This document shows, in pieces, positions 32,034-41,787 of a stretch of DNA of 64,000 bases (position 1 is its first letter; each line of letters starts with the position of its first letter). This DNA is from a bacterium (GTDB lineage Bacteria > SZUA-182 > DTGQ01 > JAFGSM01). The notes beneath the pieces were generated by a model. The model was not told the DNA's origin and did not search any database. It saw nothing but the letters and a program-made list of their open reading frames with translations. The translations under genes were made by a program, and so were the position numbers. The DNA lies in contig JBLIRO010000013.1 in NCBI GenBank assembly GCA_049472335.1, positions 1 through 64,000 of the forward strand, written 5' to 3'.

Positions 32034-32540
32034 TCAGACCTGAATACCGGAAATTTTTAGTCTCTTGTCTTTTTCTTCAACTTCCCGGGCAATTTTCTCT
32101 TTATATTGATGGAGTTTTGCCTTAAGGTCAATATCGGATATGGCAAGGATCTGGATAGCAAGAAGCGCGGCATTTCTGGCCCCTGCTTTTCCTATTCCCA
32201 GGGTTCCAACCGGCACCCCCGCAGGCATCTGAACTGTTGATAAAAGGGCGTCAATTCCTCCCAAAGAGGCATCTATAGGTACTCCAAGAACCGGAATGTT
32301 TGTCCATGCCGCTATACAACCGGCAAGATGGGCCGCCTTCCCAGCGCCTACGATAATGATTTTGACTCCCCTGCCTTCCGCCGCCTTTGCTATATCTGCT
32401 GTCCTCTGGGGTGAGCGGTGTGCGGAAGTTACTACATACTCAAAGGGTATCCCAAATGAGGCCAGGACCTCTCCCGCTTCCTTCATAATAGAAAAGTCAC
32501 TGTCACTTCCCATCAAGATACTAATCAAAGGGTCTTGCAT
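32034..32540 (-). CDS. purE: N5-CAIR mutase
   Basis: MGSDSD, SAHRSP, AAHLAG, QMPAGVPV. Confidence 0.97.
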   Translation of the reverse strand: MQDPLISILMGSDSDFSIMKEAGEVLASFGIPFEYVVTSAHRSPQRTADIAKAAEGRGVKIIIVGAGKAAHLAGCIAAWTNIPVLGVPIDASLGGIDALLSTVQMPAGVPVGTLGIGKAGARNAALLAIQILAISDIDLKAKLHQYKEKIAREVEEKDKRLKISGIQV

Positions 32541-32627
32541 TGATTCCTCCTTTTGAGTTTTAAATAGATTATATTTTATATATACTGATTATTTCTAAAT
32601 AGACATATGGCAAAATATTATAACATA

Positions 32628-32734
32628 AAAGTGCCTAAAGCAGGAAAATTAAGTGCCTGAAGTCATTATGGAACAGATAGATACTATGAATAGCACATTC
32701 CTTAACTTTAGGCACTTGACACTTTAGGCACTTT
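32628..32734. repeat. Second AAGTGCCTAAAG repeat cluster (forward units 32628-32663, inverted units 32702-32734)
   Basis: AAAGTGCCTAAAG, AAGTGCCTGAAGT, then TTAACTTTAGGCACTTGACACTTTAGGCACTTT. Confidence 0.85.
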
Positions 32735-32849
32735 CTTTTTTGATTCTTTTTGACATATTGGCTAAAATAACAACGATTTTTTTATCCAATAAGAAAACAG
32801 CTTATTAACAGATAATAAAACCAGGCATCAGAAAGCAGGGGGAAGGTAA

Positions 32850-33335
32850 ATGGATATTCAGACAATCAGGTTAGAGATCCCTGAAGGGAGCAATATCATT
32901 TTCGGTCAGAGTCATTTTATCAAAACAGTGGAAGACTTATATGAGGCATTAATTGGGAGCGCCCCTGGCATAAAATTCGGGCTGGCTTTTTGTGAAGCTT
33001 CCCAGCATTGTTTGATAAGAACGGAGGGGAATGATCCCGATCTTGTCAATGCTTGTATAAGAAATGCTGAGAGTGTAGGTGCGGGCCATACATTCTTTAT
33101 CCTCATCCGTGAGGCATTTCCGATTAATTGCCTTAACGCCGTAAAAGGATGCCCCGAGGTTTGCCGAATATTTTGTGCTACGGCTAATCCTGTTGAGGTT
33201 CTTGTCGCGCAAAGCGAACAGGGACGAGGTGTGCTCGGGATTATAGATGGTTTCAGCCCTAAAGGGACGGAAACAGAAAAGGATAAATCTGATCGCAAAG
33301 AACTTTTACGAAGATTTGGATATAAACTGAAATAG
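32850..33335 (+). CDS. Adenosine-specific kinase family protein (DUF355)
   Basis: GQSHFIKTVEDL, AFCEAS, IFCATANP, GRGVLGIIDG. Confidence 0.9.
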   Translation: MDIQTIRLEIPEGSNIIFGQSHFIKTVEDLYEALIGSAPGIKFGLAFCEASQHCLIRTEGNDPDLVNACIRNAESVGAGHTFFILIREAFPINCLNAVKGCPEVCRIFCATANPVEVLVAQSEQGRGVLGIIDGFSPKGTETEKDKSDRKELLRRFGYKLK

Positions 33336-33505
33336 GTTTTAGTATTGAATTCTTCAGACTCAACAGCCGAATTAATACTAGATGGTTTTTTCACGTCTAT
33401 CCAGTTGCAGACCATATATTTATTCGAATACTGGAAACATAGGTTTATAACGGTTATTGATCATGATATCAAGCTACATATGGTCATCGCGCGAGGTGAA
33501 AAAAT

Positions 33506-35782
33506 TTGTTCATATCTCCCCTTGAAAGGAACGAAATGATTTCTCGGTGGAAACATATTTCCTTTATGCCAGAGATCCTGCTATCTTTTTTTAGTTTGAC
33601 AATCGCTTTGCAAGCATGCTCAATTACTCAGACTCAAAGTAAAGTGGTTGATCATTTTTCTCATAATATCCTTTCCGATTCAAATAAAAGAACCTTCATA
33701 TCTTATGAAGGGAAGACTATAGATGAATATATCAGATATAGGTTTTTGGATGCTGACATTCAGGAAAAGCGGGTAATTTTTCACAATGGTTGGAATTATT
33801 ATAAGCAAAAGGAATGGGATAAAGCCGAGGATTGGTTTGAAAAGGCATTGGAGGAATACCCGTACCTTAAAGATTATTCCACTTTTTATATTTCTATATG
33901 CCTTGAGAATAAAGGAAAGTACAGGGAGGCCGTTTCTCTGATTAATAAGATCATTGAGAAATGGCCTGAAAGCGCTCTGATACAAAGAGCCTATTTAAAA
34001 CAGGCTGATATATATTTTGGGGTGAAAGAATATGACAAGGCTATAGAAGCATATGAAAAATCTTTGGGGGCTTTTCCGGAAGAGGATGCTTATATCAGAT
34101 TTCAAATAGGTCTGGCCAATTTGGAGATCGGGAAATGGGAATCCGCCTTAGAGAATTTTAAGGCTCTTCTTATAAACGAACCTGATTCAGAGTTCAGTAA
34201 ATCGGCCCAGCAGCAAATGGAGACCTTGCGGAAGGAAAAGGGTATAGGCCCTTTGTTGTTCTCCAGGGAAGAGATGCTGCAAAAAGGGGAGATCTTATTT
34301 AATAAGAAACAATATGAAGAAGCAATAAAGGCATACCTGGAGGTCGTCGATTCTAAATCGGACCCCCCTGAGCGCTGTGATGCCCTGTATAATCTGGCGC
34401 GTTGTTATAAAAGAATCGGTAAGAGGGATTTGGCGATCGATAGACTCAAGGAGGTAATAAAGTTCTCAAATAAATCAGAGTGCGCCTCAAGAAGCAGGCT
34501 TTTACTGGCAAGGTATTTATGGAATGAACATAGGAATAAGGAGGCGTATAAACAATTAGAGTTTCTCAGAAAAAATAATCCCAAATGGGGAAAAAATGAT
34601 GAAGTAGTATATATTATGGGAAGAATGGCAGAGGGAGAAGGGCGTTTAATAGATTCGATAAAATATTACAATGAAGTTTTAAATTCAAAACAGAAAAGCT
34701 CAATTTCCGAGACGGTTATCTGGAGAATTGGATGGGTTTATTATATCGGCGGTTTTTATAAGGAGGCAATCAGCCATTTTGAAAAATACCTGCCCGGGAT
34801 TAAAAATTCGACCTTCCAGCACAGACTGCTTTATTGGAAGGCCAGGGCTGAAGAAAAAAAAGGGGATAAACAGAGCGCGATCAAGACATATAAGAGTATA
34901 CTGAAAGAACCATATTGGTCTTTTTATTCCGGCCTTACTGAAATATGGCTGGGTTATCAGGACGACCCAAACAGGGAGGACAATAATAACTCCAATAATA
35001 TATTTAAGGATGAGGCAATTTTCCCAGATCTAAATGAAAAAGAAAAGGTTATAGTGACTCGTTTATTAGAGCTTTGGTTAAATGGTCTCAAGGAGGAATG
35101 TACCAATGAAATAACTCACAAAGTCTATTCCAAAGAAAGATATTCGCCCGAATTGTTATTTTACCTCTCTTCTATCGCGCATATGAATGGCGCTCATGAG
35201 CTAGGTATAAGAATAGGTATACGCTGTTTTAATAGGACAGATCAATCAGATGAAGTATCTTTTCATAAAGCTGAGGACCTCCTTTTATATCCTCTGGGTT
35301 TTTTGTCAATTGTTGAGGAAAAAGCAAAGCAATACAGCATCGATCCCATCCTTGTGCTTTCTGTTATCCGCCAGGAAAGCCTGTTCGATCCAGATGCCCT
35401 GTCTCGTTCTTCCGCGTATGGTCTTATGCAGATTATCCCATCCACAGGGAATGTTATAGCAAAAGAACTTGGAATTGATCTATCCTCGGATTTAAACATC
35501 CTTTTTGATCCGGATACAAATCTTACCTTTGGATGTTTTTTCCTGAAAAGGTTACTGGATAAATTCGAGCAGAATATAGTCTATGCATTGGCCTCATATA
35601 ACGCCGGACCGGAAGCAGTTTTGAGCTGGCAAAATCGTTTTGGTTATTTGGAGATAGATGAATTTATCGAAAATATTCCGTATAGTGAGACTCGTGATTA
35701 TGTAAAGAGAATATTGAAGAATTACTGGATTTACAGGAGAATTTATACCCCCTTAACCATCCCGGATGAGCAACAAGCATAA
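33506..35782 (+). CDS. TPR-repeat soluble lytic murein transglycosylase (Slt-like)
   Basis: TPR repeats; IRQES, GLMQI, ASYNAGP, IPYSETRDYV; possible lipobox LQAC; start uncertain. Confidence 0.9.
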   Translation: MFISPLERNEMISRWKHISFMPEILLSFFSLTIALQACSITQTQSKVVDHFSHNILSDSNKRTFISYEGKTIDEYIRYRFLDADIQEKRVIFHNGWNYYKQKEWDKAEDWFEKALEEYPYLKDYSTFYISICLENKGKYREAVSLINKIIEKWPESALIQRAYLKQADIYFGVKEYDKAIEAYEKSLGAFPEEDAYIRFQIGLANLEIGKWESALENFKALLINEPDSEFSKSAQQQMETLRKEKGIGPLLFSREEMLQKGEILFNKKQYEEAIKAYLEVVDSKSDPPERCDALYNLARCYKRIGKRDLAIDRLKEVIKFSNKSECASRSRLLLARYLWNEHRNKEAYKQLEFLRKNNPKWGKNDEVVYIMGRMAEGEGRLIDSIKYYNEVLNSKQKSSISETVIWRIGWVYYIGGFYKEAISHFEKYLPGIKNSTFQHRLLYWKARAEEKKGDKQSAIKTYKSILKEPYWSFYSGLTEIWLGYQDDPNREDNNNSNNIFKDEAIFPDLNEKEKVIVTRLLELWLNGLKEECTNEITHKVYSKERYSPELLFYLSSIAHMNGAHELGIRIGIRCFNRTDQSDEVSFHKAEDLLLYPLGFLSIVEEKAKQYSIDPILVLSVIRQESLFDPDALSRSSAYGLMQIIPSTGNVIAKELGIDLSSDLNILFDPDTNLTFGCFFLKRLLDKFEQNIVYALASYNAGPEAVLSWQNRFGYLEIDEFIENIPYSETRDYVKRILKNYWIYRRIYTPLTIPDEQQA

Positions 35783-35799
35783 ATAAGGAGGTAACAACA

Positions 35800-36156
35800 A
35801 TGAAGAAGATTCATATTGCTGAAGATGAAATAGAAATTTCGGAATTGCTCGCGTCTTTCTTTCAAAGAAAAGGATTTCAGGTTTCAACATCAACGAGTGC
35901 GGAAGAGGCCATGAAGACAATCGACATTGAAACCCCTGATTTCGCCATTTTGGATTTGTTTCTTGAGGGGCAAAAAAACGGTTTGGATATCCTTAAATTT
36001 ATAAAGAAAAAATATCCGGCCGTAAAAACTATTGTCGCTTCAGGTATTATAGAAAGCACAATGAAAGAACAAATGAACGGTTACAAACCGGATATTTTTT
36101 TACAAAAACCTTATTCTCTCGATGAGTTATTAAGTATGATTAATACTCTCTGTTAG
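35800..36156 (+). CDS. Single-domain response regulator
   Basis: AEDE, ILDLFL, SG and KP receiver motifs. Confidence 0.9.
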   Translation: MKKIHIAEDEIEISELLASFFQRKGFQVSTSTSAEEAMKTIDIETPDFAILDLFLEGQKNGLDILKFIKKKYPAVKTIVASGIIESTMKEQMNGYKPDIFLQKPYSLDELLSMINTLC

Positions 36157-36174
36157 ATAAAAATTGGATGAAAT

Positions 36175-38436
36175 TCAAAACCATCGTTTGATCCAGGATC
36201 TTATCCCACCTGATGCTTTGACCATGATAAGTGGCTTGTTGCATTTTCTTGCCACGATGTCCGGAATCGACTCCCTGACAAATTGATAGATAAGGGGATC
36301 ACGGGTGCAGCCAAGCACGATCAAATCATAATCCTTTGCCTCATTTAAAATAGCCTCCACCGGAGTGGAAGCAATGATAGCCTTTATGGTTATCCTGTCC
36401 AAAGAGAGAGATATCTTGTCTTTATTTGCTTCCACAAAGTTTTCTATATTAAATTTCGATTTATCGCTGTGAACCGTGTAGGCACAAATTTGTCCTTCTT
36501 CCTTGTCTGCCAGAATGCTGGCAATTTCAAGCGCAAATGCTCCATTGGGGCCACCAACCATAGGAACGAGAATTCGCTTGAAATTGGTCTCGTAACAATT
36601 TTTCATGATTACCACATTGCAGGGCGATCTTTCAATAATGGGATCGACAGTGCTGCCGAGTTTGAATCCATACGTCCTCTGATGGCCGTGCCATCCCATA
36701 ATAAGCATATCGATTTTCTTTTCGCGGATCGCACTAACAATGCCCCTGGCAATGTTCCGGCAATATCGAATAGTAGTGCTGATAGGGAAGAGGAAAATGA
36801 GATAAAGCATTGCTTCGACTATGGCTTCTTTCCCTTCCATCATATATTCCTGGGCATCGCTCAGGGGTACTTGTTCCGGAACCGGTACCATGTGCAGGAG
36901 CTCCACCCTGGCCTTTTTTGCTTTACAAAGATTATAAGTAGTGCGAACAAGCTCGATCGAATTTTTAGGATTGGCCACCGCAACCATAACCCGATATTCA
37001 TCACCTTCAGGTGCTTTTTCCTCTTCAAGGACCTGTATTTCTTCTGCAGTTGTCTTCGCGTGATATTTTGAGTAGAAATGGTATATACAGATACCTGCTA
37101 TTGTCCAGACCGGTGCCACAATCCATGCAATCAAGCTCATGTGAACTAACCATAAAGCCAATATAGCCTGACAAATAATAGCGATTACCGGAAACACAGG
37201 GAAAAAGGGCATGATAAATCCATAATCCAGCTCATCGCCCAGATTAAGTCTAACCTTGATTACGCAAAGATTTACAAGAAAAAAGAGAAATAGGAACATT
37301 ATGCTCGCGCTTGAAGCAACATCCATGGTGGGAAGAGCCGTAGCCACCAGGATCAGAATGGCGCCTGTCACAATCAAGGCTATCCACGGAGTTTTTTGTT
37401 TTTTGGAGATTTTCGCGAAGAAATTAGGGAGCATATTATCCCGGCCGAGGGCGTATGATGCCCTTGTGGCGGAATATATAGTGGCATTCAATGCAGAGGT
37501 TGATGCGAATATTACAGCCAATGTCAGCAGGAGATTACCCATCGGCATCAATCTCGATATCGCTTCACCGAAGCCCCTTTCCTTGAACTGACCTATCCAT
37601 AGCCATGGCTGACCGACGATCCCCGGTGATCCCGCCCTCACAGATACGACAGTTGCAAATGCCACAGCCACGTAAGAAAAGGTTACAATAAATACGGAAT
37701 ATATCATGGCCTTTGGCAGATTTTTACGCGGATCTATTGCCTCGTCGCCGGTTTGCGCAATCACCTCATATCCCTCAAAGGCTACATATGTAAAACCCAT
37801 TGTTATGAGGAGCTTCGACCATCCATATGGAAGAAAGGGATTGAAATTCTGAAACCGAAAGGGGTCTTTTAAAGCAATAAAGATTCCCACAAAACCAATG
37901 AAAAGAAGAAAGATGGTTTGTCCTAGTGTAAAAAAGGCGCCGACTTTTCCTGTTTCGGAGGCCCCTCTATAATTGATATAAAGGAAGAAGCACGCAATCA
38001 GAATGGTTACAATTTTTTCATTAACCGGGGTCGGGAACAAAGTCCATTTGAGCAATCCAAGAACTTCCAGGTAACGGACTATATAAATGGCGAAAGTCAC
38101 CGCGTACAAGCTGCCGGCAACGGTTGAGGCAAACCACTCCAGCCAGCCGGCAAGAAAGCTGGTCCCCCGGCCAAATCCTACTCGGGCATAATTATAAGCG
38201 CCTCCCGCGCGGGGGATAGCTGAGCTGAGCTCCGCATAGGACAGGGCAGTGAACATGGCTATTACACCATTAAGCGCAAAGGTGAGGATTGCGCCTCCTG
38301 GTCCTGAAATAAAAATAGAATTGCCAACACCAAGAAATACCCCCGCGCCGATCATCATCCCCAATCCCATCATAGTGATATGGAAAAGGGATAGCTCGCG
38401 GGAAAGCTCTGCTGATACCTGTGTTTTATCAGCCAT
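36175..38436 (-). CDS. APC-family amino acid permease with C-terminal universal-stress domains
   Basis: GMMIGAG, YAELSSAIPRAGG, AFEGYE; about 12 TM segments; two USP-like domains. Confidence 0.9.
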   Translation of the reverse strand: MADKTQVSAELSRELSLFHITMMGLGMMIGAGVFLGVGNSIFISGPGGAILTFALNGVIAMFTALSYAELSSAIPRAGGAYNYARVGFGRGTSFLAGWLEWFASTVAGSLYAVTFAIYIVRYLEVLGLLKWTLFPTPVNEKIVTILIACFFLYINYRGASETGKVGAFFTLGQTIFLLFIGFVGIFIALKDPFRFQNFNPFLPYGWSKLLITMGFTYVAFEGYEVIAQTGDEAIDPRKNLPKAMIYSVFIVTFSYVAVAFATVVSVRAGSPGIVGQPWLWIGQFKERGFGEAISRLMPMGNLLLTLAVIFASTSALNATIYSATRASYALGRDNMLPNFFAKISKKQKTPWIALIVTGAILILVATALPTMDVASSASIMFLFLFFLVNLCVIKVRLNLGDELDYGFIMPFFPVFPVIAIICQAILALWLVHMSLIAWIVAPVWTIAGICIYHFYSKYHAKTTAEEIQVLEEEKAPEGDEYRVMVAVANPKNSIELVRTTYNLCKAKKARVELLHMVPVPEQVPLSDAQEYMMEGKEAIVEAMLYLIFLFPISTTIRYCRNIARGIVSAIREKKIDMLIMGWHGHQRTYGFKLGSTVDPIIERSPCNVVIMKNCYETNFKRILVPMVGGPNGAFALEIASILADKEEGQICAYTVHSDKSKFNIENFVEANKDKISLSLDRITIKAIIASTPVEAILNEAKDYDLIVLGCTRDPLIYQFVRESIPDIVARKCNKPLIMVKASGGIRSWIKRWF

Positions 38437-38584
38437 CTTGAATATCTTTTAGTATTTCACGGACAGAGCCGAGATTTTTCTTTGCTATACGCTCAATCGT
38501 CTTTTTGCTCCAGAATGTAATATAGGTAATAAATCCCAATGCGGCTCCTGTAATAATTGTACCAAGTATAACATTTTTTTCCAT
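38429..38584 (-). CDS. Small membrane hypothetical protein (51 aa)
   Basis: ATG at 38584 after GGAGAG; one hydrophobic helix; stop overlaps the permease start. Confidence 0.5.
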   Translation of the reverse strand: MEKNVILGTIITGAALGFITYITFWSKKTIERIAKKNLGSVREILKDIQDG

Positions 38585-38795
38585 AAATCTCTCCTGGCAG
38601 AGCAAATATCCCATGGTTCAATTAATATATCGTTTGTTTGTGCCAAAGTTTTTTGTAAAAAAAAGCGATTTATAATTAAAAAGGATTTTAATCATATTTT
38701 CAAGTCCGGAGAAATTATTCTATTGAAAATCCGGAAACAAAACAATCGAGACTGTCTTTAAAAACAAGACAATATTCAAGAAAAGGAATAGCTAA

Positions 38796-39536
38796 TTGTT
38801 TGACTTTACTGAACATATTGTAATCGTTACCGGAGGGACCAGGGGTATTGGCAAGGCTATTTCTGAAGCCTTTTTAAAAACGGGAGCCAAGGTTATTGTG
38901 ACATATAATTCAAATAATGATCAAGCTGAGCAATTTATAAAGGAAAACGAGACCTTTCAGAGCAGCATTGATCTTCAAAAATTTGATGTCTCGGACTATG
39001 AGAAGGTAGAACTTTTTTATGATTATATAGATAAACAATATGATTCCATAGATGTTCTGGTAAATAACGCAGGTATCCGCAGCGATTCTATTTTGGGGAC
39101 AATGCCAAAAGAAACCTGGCATGCCGTTATAGGGGTAAACCTTACCGGGACATTCTATATGAGCAAATTTGCAGTGAAAAATATGCTAAAAAAACGTTAT
39201 GGCAGAATAATCAATATAACCTCACCCATGTCCCATCTAGGATTCAGAGGCCAGTCAAATTACGCTGCATCCAAGGCCGGACAGATTGCAATGGCACGTT
39301 CCCTGTCCAAGGAGGTTGCAAGTCGTGGAATAACCGTTAATTGTATTTCTCCCGGATTTGTTTATACAGAGTTTATTTATAATCTGGATGAATCTTTGTT
39401 GAAAGAATATAGAAAAATGATCCCAATGAAGGACTTTTCCACCCCTGAACAGATCGCATATGGCGTGCTTTTTCTGGCATCTAAAGATGCTTCCTATATT
39501 ACCGGCGCCACATTAGCCATAGACGGGGGTCTTTAA
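38796..39536 (+). CDS. fabG: 3-oxoacyl-ACP reductase
   Basis: TGGTRGIG, NNAGI, YAASK, PGF. Confidence 0.9.
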   Translation: MFDFTEHIVIVTGGTRGIGKAISEAFLKTGAKVIVTYNSNNDQAEQFIKENETFQSSIDLQKFDVSDYEKVELFYDYIDKQYDSIDVLVNNAGIRSDSILGTMPKETWHAVIGVNLTGTFYMSKFAVKNMLKKRYGRIINITSPMSHLGFRGQSNYAASKAGQIAMARSLSKEVASRGITVNCISPGFVYTEFIYNLDESLLKEYRKMIPMKDFSTPEQIAYGVLFLASKDASYITGATLAIDGGL

Positions 39537-39584
39537 AACAGGCATTTTTGTTTAATAACAATTCTTTTTTTACAGAAAAGACGC

Positions 39585-40976
39585 ATGATAGAGAGAAGAA
39601 GAAGAGACAGAAGGGTAGAAAATAAAAGGATAAATTTTCGCGATCGGCGGCGTTTTGATCGTCGTATGAATATCAATGAATTTCAAAATAAGATCTTTTC
39701 ATCAAGGATAAGAAAGAATCCCGACGAAACTCGCATTGTCATTACAGGAATAGGTGTTGTTGCACCAAATGGTATAGGAAAGGATATATTCTGGGATAAC
39801 CTGGCGAAGGGATTGTCCGGAATAAAACCTATATCATTGTTTGATACAGGCCCCTATAATTCCAAGAAGGCCGGAGAAATTACCAGTTTTGATCCTTCCC
39901 GATATCTAAATAAGAAAGGGCTGAGGACCCTCGATAGAAGCGCCTTGTTGCTTGGTGTGGCAACCAAATTGGCTATGGAAGACAGTAAAATCAAACAGGA
40001 TGAATTTGATTCCTATGATTCTGGAATTGTTACAGGTACAAGCATGGGCAGTGTAAAAAGCATCAGTGATTTTGACAAAACAGCTTTGGTTGAAGGGCCT
40101 TCATGTGTGAATCCCGCACTTTTCCCAAACACGGTTATAAGCTCACCCGCCAGTCAGGTATCTATTATGTTCGATATAAGAGGCCTTAACGCAACCATTT
40201 CGAGCGGTTTTTGCTCATCACTCGATGTCGTTATCTATGCCCACGATTCCATAATCCTGAACAAGGTAAATACGATATTTGTGGGTTCAGTTGAGGAACT
40301 TTGTCATCAGACATTTTTGGGTTTTTATAATTCCGGGTGTTTATCCAGGGGAGATTTTAGCAATGGGAGCATAGAGGAATCCATGCCCTTTGATAAACGG
40401 AGAAACGGTCCGGTTTTGGGTGAAGGGTCAGGGGCTCTGATATTCGAGGACCTGGAACATGCCAAAAAACGTAATGCACCTATATATGGAGTGCTATTGG
40501 GTTTTGGCTGTGCCTTTAATAATAGAAACTCTCATCAGGAAGGCAATAATCTTGATGCAGATGCCCCTGTGCATGCAATGAAACAAGCCCTGAAAAGTGC
40601 TAATTTAAATCCGGCAGATATTGACTTAATCTGTGCAAGCTCCAATTCTTCTCCTGCCGGCGACAGAATGGAAACCATTGCTATAAAGAAGGTCTTTGCC
40701 AATGAGGCCTATAAAATTCCCATAACCGCAGTTAAATCCATGCTGGGAGAAGGTTATAGTGTCTCGGGAAGTTTTCAGATAATGGCGGGGTTATTAGCCA
40801 TAAATAAAGGGATTATTCCGCCAACGATTAATTTCCGGGAAACAGATCCTAAATGTGATCTTGATTATGTAATCAATAAAAGTAAGAGAGCCGAAGTTGA
40901 TAACGTAATGATAAATACCTTTAGTCCTCATGGAAATAATGTCTCATTGATAATAGGAAGACATGATTGTTTATAA
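39585..40976 (+). CDS. Beta-ketoacyl synthase homologue lacking both catalytic His (chain-length-factor-like), with an Arg-rich N-terminal extension
   Basis: KS fold (ITGIGVVAPNG, GEGSG, PPTIN), but ASSNSS replaces AHGTGT and KSMLGE replaces KSMLGH. Confidence 0.85.
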   Translation: MIERRRRDRRVENKRINFRDRRRFDRRMNINEFQNKIFSSRIRKNPDETRIVITGIGVVAPNGIGKDIFWDNLAKGLSGIKPISLFDTGPYNSKKAGEITSFDPSRYLNKKGLRTLDRSALLLGVATKLAMEDSKIKQDEFDSYDSGIVTGTSMGSVKSISDFDKTALVEGPSCVNPALFPNTVISSPASQVSIMFDIRGLNATISSGFCSSLDVVIYAHDSIILNKVNTIFVGSVEELCHQTFLGFYNSGCLSRGDFSNGSIEESMPFDKRRNGPVLGEGSGALIFEDLEHAKKRNAPIYGVLLGFGCAFNNRNSHQEGNNLDADAPVHAMKQALKSANLNPADIDLICASSNSSPAGDRMETIAIKKVFANEAYKIPITAVKSMLGEGYSVSGSFQIMAGLLAINKGIIPPTINFRETDPKCDLDYVINKSKRAEVDNVMINTFSPHGNNVSLIIGRHDCL

Positions 40977-41054
40977 ACGCAATACAAAGGCATTCGGATT
41001 CGGATTGTAGTTTCGATCTTCTTTTGGATTTCAATCTTAAAAGGAGTAGGAAAA

Positions 41055-41312
41055 ATGACCGTGAAAAACGCAGGCCTAAAGAAACTTACGGAAGAAATAC
41101 GCTCCATGATTGCTGAAATTGCCGAAGTTGAAGAGAATGAAATTGCAGGAGAAAAGAATTTTGTTGAGGACCTTGGTTTTGATTCTATGATGGCGCTTGA
41201 GATTTTTGCCAAATTAGAGAAACAATACAAAATAAGAATCCCTGAAGAAGAATTGCCCAGGCTTTCTAATCTGAATCAAACCGTAAATTTAGTAGATAGA
41301 TATATACATTAA
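41055..41312 (+). CDS. acpP: Acyl carrier protein
   Basis: DLGFDSM phosphopantetheine site; acidic, 85 aa. Confidence 0.92.
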   Translation: MTVKNAGLKKLTEEIRSMIAEIAEVEENEIAGEKNFVEDLGFDSMMALEIFAKLEKQYKIRIPEEELPRLSNLNQTVNLVDRYIH

Positions 41313-41340
41313 CCATAACTATAAAGGATCAAATTTTCCA

Positions 41341-41787
41341 ATGACCTTAAATTTTGAGCAAATCAAAGAATTATTGCCCCAGCGTTTTCCATTCCTTATG
41401 CTGGATAGAATTGCAGAATTTCATCCCAAAAAAAGGATCATCGGGATCAAAAACATTACCGGTAATGAGGTGTTTTTTCAGGGGCATTTCCCCGGCGAGG
41501 CCATTATGCCCGGAGCGTTAATTTTAGAGGCCATGGCCCAGATAGCGCTTATATATTTTAAATTAACACAGGGTGATTCCAAGCCTGACAGATCTCCCAT
41601 CTTGTTTGCGGGGATAAAGGCTAGATTTATAAAACCCGTAGTCCCGGGTGATATTTTAAACATCGAGATGGCTCCCATAAAGATTGTAAGTGTTGGAGGT
41701 ATTATGGAGGGCGTGGCCAAGGTTGATAATAAAGTGGTTGCCAGGGCGGAATTGACCTTTAGCGCGAAGGAGAGAAATAATCAGTGA
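41341..41787 (+). CDS. fabZ: 3-hydroxyacyl-ACP dehydratase
   Basis: LPQRFPFLMLDR, FFQGHFP, MPGALILEAMAQ. Confidence 0.95.
   Translation: MTLNFEQIKELLPQRFPFLMLDRIAEFHPKKRIIGIKNITGNEVFFQGHFPGEAIMPGALILEAMAQIALIYFKLTQGDSKPDRSPILFAGIKARFIKPVVPGDILNIEMAPIKIVSVGGIMEGVAKVDNKVVARAELTFSAKERNNQ

Noticed and set aside
38627..38646. TGGCAC as a sigma54 promoter (also TGGCAT near 22041-22056)
   Set aside because: The -12 TTGC element is missing or wrongly spaced
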